Source of the DNA: Eledone cirrhosa
Taxonomy: Eukaryota
Direction of reading: 5' to 3'
DNA: 64,000 nt
Assembly (NCBI GenBank): GCA_964016885.1
Contig: OZ024740.1
Span: forward strand, 304,854,001-304,918,000
Part shown: piece after piece, positions 56,801-64,000 of the stretch
Position numbering within the stretch: the stretch's first letter is position 1
Layout of the letters: the number at the start of each line of letters is the position of its first letter
Notes under the pieces: model-generated
Database searches by the model: none
What the model was told of the DNA's origin: nothing
The model's input: only the letters and a program-made list of their open reading frames with translations
Program-made: the position numbers and the translations under genes

Positions 56801-58059
56801 GTTCAGTTCAAGCCATACCACAGTTTATTTCAACTCAAAATGTTGGGTTTTAGAAACCAGATGACATAAGATTGAAAAATAGAGAGCACTGGTAGCATGT
56901 TGTACAGCAAACTCATTATTATTTGGCAGACTCAGAAGAGCCTGGCAGCGTTCTAAGTTTAAACCTTGATGGAGTATGATAAAATAAATCCATTAACTCT
57001 TTTCATACCAAACCATCTGAAATTGCCTTTGATTCTATGATACAAAACATTGAGTTGTTTATATTCATCTAAAAACCTTCCATCATAATTTTATTTAAAA
57101 AAAACCTTGTTAAATCACATTCCAAACACCAGCTTAATGATCCCTCCAAATTCTTGGTAGTTCATAAAATTATTAGAAATCCATAGGAAATGTTTTTCAT
57201 TAAAAATATGACATTGCGACTACATTACAAATCATTATCATCATTATTAAGAAGAGATCGAATAAGTTGGTCATTATATAAGTAAAATTACATCTTTTGT
57301 TTGCAGAATAATGTTTCTAATAAAATAAATAGAGAAAAGAAAACAAACAAAAGAAAGGCAGAAGAAATAAGCAAACAATCATAGCTCAGAGAACGTCCTC
57401 TAATTATAAAGAAACCTATTTAACATTATAACAAAGATAGAGCGTGTGCTGTTTGGAGAGGAGAAGAGATAGAAATCATACTACATTCTATTGCTAATAC
57501 TACAATGTGGTCTTTTACTTAACAAGGGAAAATGGAATGTTTGCCACAACAATCTCTTGATTGTTTCTGTCTCTTCCTCTGCTGCAGTGGAAATGAATCA
57601 TTAAGTCTAGAGATATTTACTGAAGGATACATCATTCACAAGTCAGCACTTGAAAATGTTGCTGTTGATGAAATGCGGAAAGATGATACAAGGCAGCTCA
57701 GCTCTTCTTGCTGGTAACTTTACATATGATAAACATAAGAATTCCAAAGTTGTTGTTTGCTTTAGATATACACGGATTCAGAAGATAATATTGTTCAAGC
57801 TGTAACTTTCTCTTCTTTTAATCGTAGTTTTTACTCTTTTTTCAGATTAAATTTTGTAAATTCCATTTTTTCGTTGATTTCTTCAAATGTACTGGATGCA
57901 AGCATCACACACACATATACACACTGCACCCAGTACACTCTGTTAAATGACTGCTCAAGAGGTTGGAGACAATAGAAGGAGAAAAAGAAGAAAAAGGAGG
58001 TGGAGGAGAAGGAGGAGACAATAGATTGACGATTATGAAAGTCAAAGAAAACTCAGTGA

Positions 58060-58925
58060 TTGAGTTGTCTTCACATAGAATGTTAACATCCGACCTCTTA
58101 ACATCACATGGTCAGGAACACCACTTGAGAACTGCACCAATCCTGTTTACCTTGGCGTACCCTGGACTGCACCCTCTCATTCAAGGAACACATCAAAAAC
58201 ACCAAATTGAAAGTCAGCTCCCGGAACATCCTACAGAAACTGACCAACTCCAAATGGGGAGCCACAGCACACACACTAAGATGTACTGCCTTGGCCCTGT
58301 GCTATTCCTCTGCGGAGTACACGTGTCCTGTTTGGGAGAGATCAACCCATGCCAGTAAACTAGACCCAGTGTTGAACAACACCTGCTGTTTGATCACTGG
58401 TTGCCTGAAGCCTACTAACCCGAATAACCTGCATCTCCTCGGTGGCATTGCCCCTGCAGATGTGAGACAGGAAGCTGCCAGCCGACTAGAGATCACAAAG
58501 GCTATCAGTGATGAACGCCACCTCCTTCATGGACCTGAACCTCCGGCCCAACGACTGAAGTCAAGGAGAAGCTTCCTCAGCCATGTCCAACCCCTAACAG
58601 CATCTCAGGAAGAAACCAGACTACAGCTATGGACTAGAAAGCTAGAGAATGACTCCCCTCCTATTGACATGGGAATCCCTCCCCCCTTCTGAAGCCCTCC
58701 CTCTTGGCTCAGAAGCACCATGGGTCCAGTGGAAGACACTCAACCGCCTGAGAACAGCTACTGTGGCCAGATGGGACTACAAGACCTTGTTTTCCCTCTA
58801 CTACCCTACCAGTGCAGCTTAAAAGATCTCGCAGAATTTAATAATAATGCAAAGGACTGTGTAAAGCAATGGGAAACTGCCATATAACCACATGCTTCGA
58901 AGATACGAAAAGAAGAAGAAGAAGG
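58060..58925 (+). mobile_element. 5'-truncated Vingi/Ingi-like LINE
   Basis: YLGV.LD..L followed by KLTNSKWGA..TLR.TALALCYSSAEY.CPVW..S.H..KLD..LN..C.LITGCLKPT. (gaa)n tail at ~58910. Clade assignment is from recalled motifs. Confidence 0.8.
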
Positions 58926-59349
58926 AATTAGTTAACTAAATATCATTTTACGGCACCAATTATTTCTGACAGGTATTATTCTCATATGCAAGTGTATATA
59001 TGTATATGTAAAGACATACATTCATATGTATACATATATACCAATGCTGGCAGTCGCACTGTCTGACTTAACACAGCAGTATGAACATGGTTCCACCATC
59101 ACCATACACCGCCATACCACATGTCATTCGATTCTATAGTCATTACAGTGGCTGTCTAGTAGTTTACTTGAAAATTTTGAAAAATATTACCATGATAACA
59201 CTAACCATGATTATAACAGAAGGCTTTCTTTGCATTTCTTTAAGTTAAAAACATTGTTTTGATTGACAAACAATGAATGCTTAAATGCTTGAGTTTTCTA
59301 TGTATAGCTGTGTCTTTCATAAACATCTTTATTCTCTGCCAATTACCGA

Positions 59350-61640
59350 ATTGTTATGACTGCATGCCATAGAGGAAAATGGGAAAAGGTCAAAGTATGG
59401 GAGTAATGACATGTAAACATGAAGTATAAAATAAAGTTGAAAGGTTTGAATGTAGTGATGGAAGAAGTGAAACAGCAAATTAAGGTAAAAAAATCTAATC
59501 GGGTTAGGCACCATACAAATAGGCAAAAACAATATGAACGGATTTTTCTCTGCAAATCAGAAAATGTTCTTTAGAACACTGTTAGGAGATAATGGTACAG
59601 AAGTTCCACCTAATGTTGAAGAATCTACACAATTTTGGTCAAATCTATGGGGAATTGCAGAAGAGCATACAGATGTGAGATGGATAAATGAAGTTGAGCA
59701 TGTGTTATTTAATGAACCAAAACAAAGATGAGAAAGAATTTCAAAGGAAGACATTCAAGAGCAAGTTAGGAGAATGCCAAACTGGAAATCTCCTGATCTA
59801 AGGATTCTGGTTTAAAATATTTAAAAGTGTTCATTCAAAGCAATAGAAACACCTAAAGGATTGTGTAATACATGAAGAATTTCCAAGTTGGATGGTTGAA
59901 GGAAAAACAACTTTGAGAATGAAGGATAAAAAGAAAGGTCCATTAGTTGGAAATTACAGGCCAATTGCTTGTTTGAATTTGTTTTGGAAGCTGTTGGCTG
60001 GCATCTTTACTGCAAAAGTGTATGATCACTTGCTTCAAAAAATTCCCAGGGAACCAAAGACCATCTTGTCAAAGTGATCGTAAATAACTGCAAAAGATGT
60101 CTAAAGAATTTATGCATGGCTTGGATAGACTTTAAGAAAGTCTTGACATGGTCCCACATCTAAGGTACTGAAATATTTGAGGATGTTTGGGATAACAGAC
60201 GGTATTATTAATGTAATGGAGTCTGGCATGCCTTTGTAGAAGATTAACCTGTATGCAGGAAATAAACACCTAGATGTGGTCAATATGAGAAATATTTCAA
60301 GGAGATTCCTCCTCACCATTGCTTGTTGTGATTACAATGATGTAGATGGAAAACAGAGGACCTCCACTTTTCATGGATGATCTGAAGCTCTGGTGTTGTG
60401 GGGACATTGGGATGGAGTTTGGTATTGAAAAGTGTGCTACCCTGTTGGTTGGAGACACTGAGGATAGTAGGTACAAATATCTGTGCATCTTGGAGCTTGA
60501 CAAAGTTCTAAATAAAAAGATGAAAGGAAATGTGAAGGAAGTCTATCTAAATAGGTGAGAACTGCTACTGAAAACAAAATTGAATGAAAAGAGCTTGATT
60601 ACTGCTATCAATGTCTGGGCTGTGCCAGTTATTAGATATAGTGCAGCTATTTTGAATTGGACCAAAGAAAAGATAGAGAAGCTGGATAAGCTAATGCGAA
60701 AGAAAATGGTTGACAATACAACCAAAGGCAAATGTCATCAGGTTCTGTACACCATGAAACATAGGAGGTCAAGGACTTGTAAGTGTGAAAGGTCCTAAGA
60801 CATGTATTTGGCCAGTAGTAAAGCAGAAGCCTATGCATTGAAACCATTGGAAGTAAAGAAAATGACAAACAAAGGCTGGTGACTGAGAAACTGAGCACAA
60901 GGGAGAGCATGGAATTACATGAAAGGAAACTAAGGAAATAAAAGTAGGATCTTCATAGAATTGGTTCACAAAAGGTGATCTTAAGAGAGAGAGATAAAGT
61001 TTATTAATAGTTGCTCAAGATCAAGCATTAAACAAAAAAGTGATAAGGAATATGTATAGCCCAGATGAAATAAATAAGTGTAGGTTATGTGGGAATTGTG
61101 ACACACATTATGAGTGCCTGTGACATGCTTGCACAGAGGGAATATAAGAGGCATCACGATAAAGTGTGTTTACACCTCCTTTAGTCTTTATGCAAGAAAT
61201 ATGGGTTTGTAACCACCGAGAAATGGTATCAGCTCAAACAAGACAGGATCCTAGAAAATCAGACTGTGAAACTCTTGTGGGACTTTACAATTCAGAGAGA
61301 TAGAATTCTTGAAAATACAAGGCCAGGCATAACTTTGATGGAGAAAGGTATTGATAGATGTAGCTTGCCCCAGAGACCATTACATCAATGTTAAAGAACA
61401 CGAGAATATTGTAAAGTATGCAGACTTGAGAATAAATGTCAAAAGAATGTGGAATATGAGAGCAAGAGTGGTACCAATTGTGATTGGAGCACTTGGGTCG
61501 GTGACGAAAAACCTTAAAAAAAACCTTGATAGAATTGGAATCAGCCCCAGCATTACAACATTCCAGAAAACAACACTTTTAGGAACAGCAAGTATCCTGC
61601 TGAAAGTACTGTCTATCTGTGATTACATAACTTGATAGGG
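59350..61640 (+). mobile_element. Decayed R4/Dong-like non-LTR retrotransposon (RT + CCHC + restriction-like endonuclease)
   Basis: NYRPIACLN, AWIDF, LFMDDLKL, DIGMEFGIEKCA, AINVWAVPVIRY, CRLCG..HI..C..LAQREY..HD, LWDFTIQ, IDVACP and PIVIGALG. Many frameshifts. Confidence 0.85.
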
Positions 61641-64000
61641 AGTCAATTAAATGATCCAGTGTTAATAAGATCATGCATTATTGGTGCTTTATTAATCGAC
61701 TCCGTAAGGATGAAAGGCAAAACTAACCTTGGTGAGATTTGAACTCAGAACGTAAAGGGCCGTAACTCTATGTCACGAAGCACGTTGCCCAATGCTCTAC
61801 CAATTCTGCAAATCCACTGCCCTTAATAATAATTGTTTCTACTTTTGGCACAAGGCCAGCAATTACCCAGTGCATTACTGGTACTTTATTTTATCGACCC
61901 CGTAAGGATGAAAGGCAAAGTTAACCTCAGCGGGATTTGAACTCAGAATGGCAAGGGCCGTAACTCTATGCGTCAAAGCATGGCGTCCGACCCTCTACCG
62001 ATACTGCCAATCAATAATAATAATGTTCACAAAACATTGATTTTTTATTAACCACAAAGGGTTCACTTAAAGAAAAGATTAATAATGGCACAAGGCAAAT
62101 ACGAGGTGGGATTCATCATCATCCTCAACGGTTAATGTCCATTTTCCATGCTAGCATGGGTTAGATGAGTTGTCCTGACATTAGTTGTAGAAAACTGTAC
62201 AGATTTGAACTTATATTTCTTTTTCAATTTTGATTCTCAAAAGAAAAAAAAAGATATTTTTCTTTTTTTATTATGATAACTATTTTTATTCTCATTTCTT
62301 CTCCCACTTTAACCAGAATGTTTCGATATAAATGTTATTTCGTTGTCATTGTACTAAAATAAAATGTCAATTATTTATTTACAAAGCAGAATAACAAAAG
62401 AAATGTCATCCGAAGTTACGCCAAAAGGCTTTAGTGAAATTTAGTAAATTTTAGTGAAATTAAATCTAAGATTAAATGAAAGCTGCAATAAAGTCTGAAT
62501 GATGGTCAGAATAATATTTTTAAAGTGTAAGTCAGTTTTCATTTATAACATTTCTTGCAAAAAAAGCTATTGCTTTTTTTTTGGGGGGGGGGGGGGGGGG
62601 TTCTAATCAATAATTTTCTCACAAAGGATCATCCGAGTGTTAGGTATTGAAATAAAGTAGAAATTTATCACTAAGTAATTTAGAAGAGAAAAAAAAAATC
62701 TTTTCTTCGCTTACTTATTCCTGAGAGGGTCGTGGGTGCAAAGTCTTTAAACACTCCTTCCTGCGGGTACAGTCAGAAGCAACCGTCTCCAACTGATAGG
62801 TTGCTTCAGTATTCAACATTCAGTAATCAGAAGGAAGGTAGGTATAAAAGACAAACTTGCTATCTTCAATTCATTAATCATGCCAACCCTTACCTATGGT
62901 CATGAATGACCGAAAGAATACGATCACGAATAAAAGCAGCCAAAATCAATCTTGTGTATAAGTAAAATAAAGATTGTCATGATACAGAGTTTGTTTATAA
63001 CATCATTATTACATTCTTATCATCATCATTTAATGTCTATTTTTCCTGCCAGCAAGGGTTTAATGGGTTGTCACTGACCGGGTCAGTGTTCAAGCAGAGC
63101 CATTGACCTCTCAGATGGACTGGGGGAGGTTCACATCTCACTATCATACATTCCTAAACTCTACTGAGTGTATTTTATTGTTGCATCAATTCAAGAGAAG
63201 TTATCATATCATTGACACAGCTTAAGAGTCATCCTGGCTCTTTGTTTGGTTGGATGCTCTTCCTATCATTAACCACTTTAAACAGTATACTGGTTGCATT
63301 TATCATGTAGATCACTAACACTAGAAAGATTGCCATGCCCTTAACACAAAGAATATAGCATTGTTTTTACAGTGTGATGACCTTCCTATAGCCATCCCCA
63401 TTACTGAGTGTACTGGGTGCATTTTTTGTTGCGCCAGCACTAGAGAGGTTGTCAGTGGGTGTTCTCAACCCTACAGTTGGGGTGGGGGGTTAAAAAATAA
63501 TATTACATATTAAACAAACTAAGAAATCAACAACAAACCATCTAAACAAATGATGTGCCGGCTAAAATCCTTCTTCAAACAAATCAGTGCTATCATCAGT
63601 CCTGATTGTCATAATCTGCACACAGCATGAATTAAAGAGAAGACTTTCTACATAAGTCACTTTATATCTTAATACAGCCACAACACTAATCCCTAACATT
63701 TTCAGTGCTAATACATATGACCAACATAACCAGCATAAATGAGATAGCCACTGAAAACAAACAAAACAAATTACAAAAAAAGCTATGAAACCTCATACAT
63801 AAAATTCAAAGACAATGGCTTAGATGAGAATAGTTATTTCCAATCCAGGGTTCAAATACTCTCAATATTTACATAATCTTTCATAACTTTAGAACTAATA
63901 ATGGTATTAGTTCATCAGAAGCAAATCAGATTAGTAACTATATGATAATACTTTCAAATTTCACTGAGGTAATTTTCTCTAAGGAGAAAAGAAGAATAAT

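Overview
AT-rich eukaryotic (animal) genomic DNA dominated by (TA)n/(CA)n microsatellites and transposon relics. The RTE-LINE tails, tRNA-derived SINEs and Penelope content resemble an octopus/coleoid cephalopod genome (inference). Most ORFs in the supplied track are microsatellite artefacts. One host gene, missed by the ORF track, is supported: a minus-strand cAMP-dependent protein kinase inhibitor (PKI, 89 aa) with two coding exons (20840-20687 and 9337-9222), an 11.3-kb GT-AG intron, the GRTGRRNA pseudosubstrate and a leucine-rich NES. Mobile DNA includes a decayed mariner, several RTE LINEs with a PHD-like C4HC3 finger inside the RT region, a Penelope-like element nested in a probable non-autonomous Helitron, Vingi-like and R4/Dong-like LINE relics, SINEs, and piggyBac/hAT/Tc1-mariner MITEs. 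The main unexplained structure is a dense set of type I hammerhead ribozyme motifs between about 29 and 54 kb. By hand-folding I count 13 with intact CUGANGA/GAAA/NUH cores, from about eight sequence families, plus several point-mutated and half copies. Most sit in Penelope-type pseudo-LTR inverted repeats. Several inversion junctions fall in the ribozyme stem II loop or at the predicted cleavage site, which suggests a ribozyme-guided fold-back origin for these inverted repeats. All structures were folded by eye and no databases were searched.
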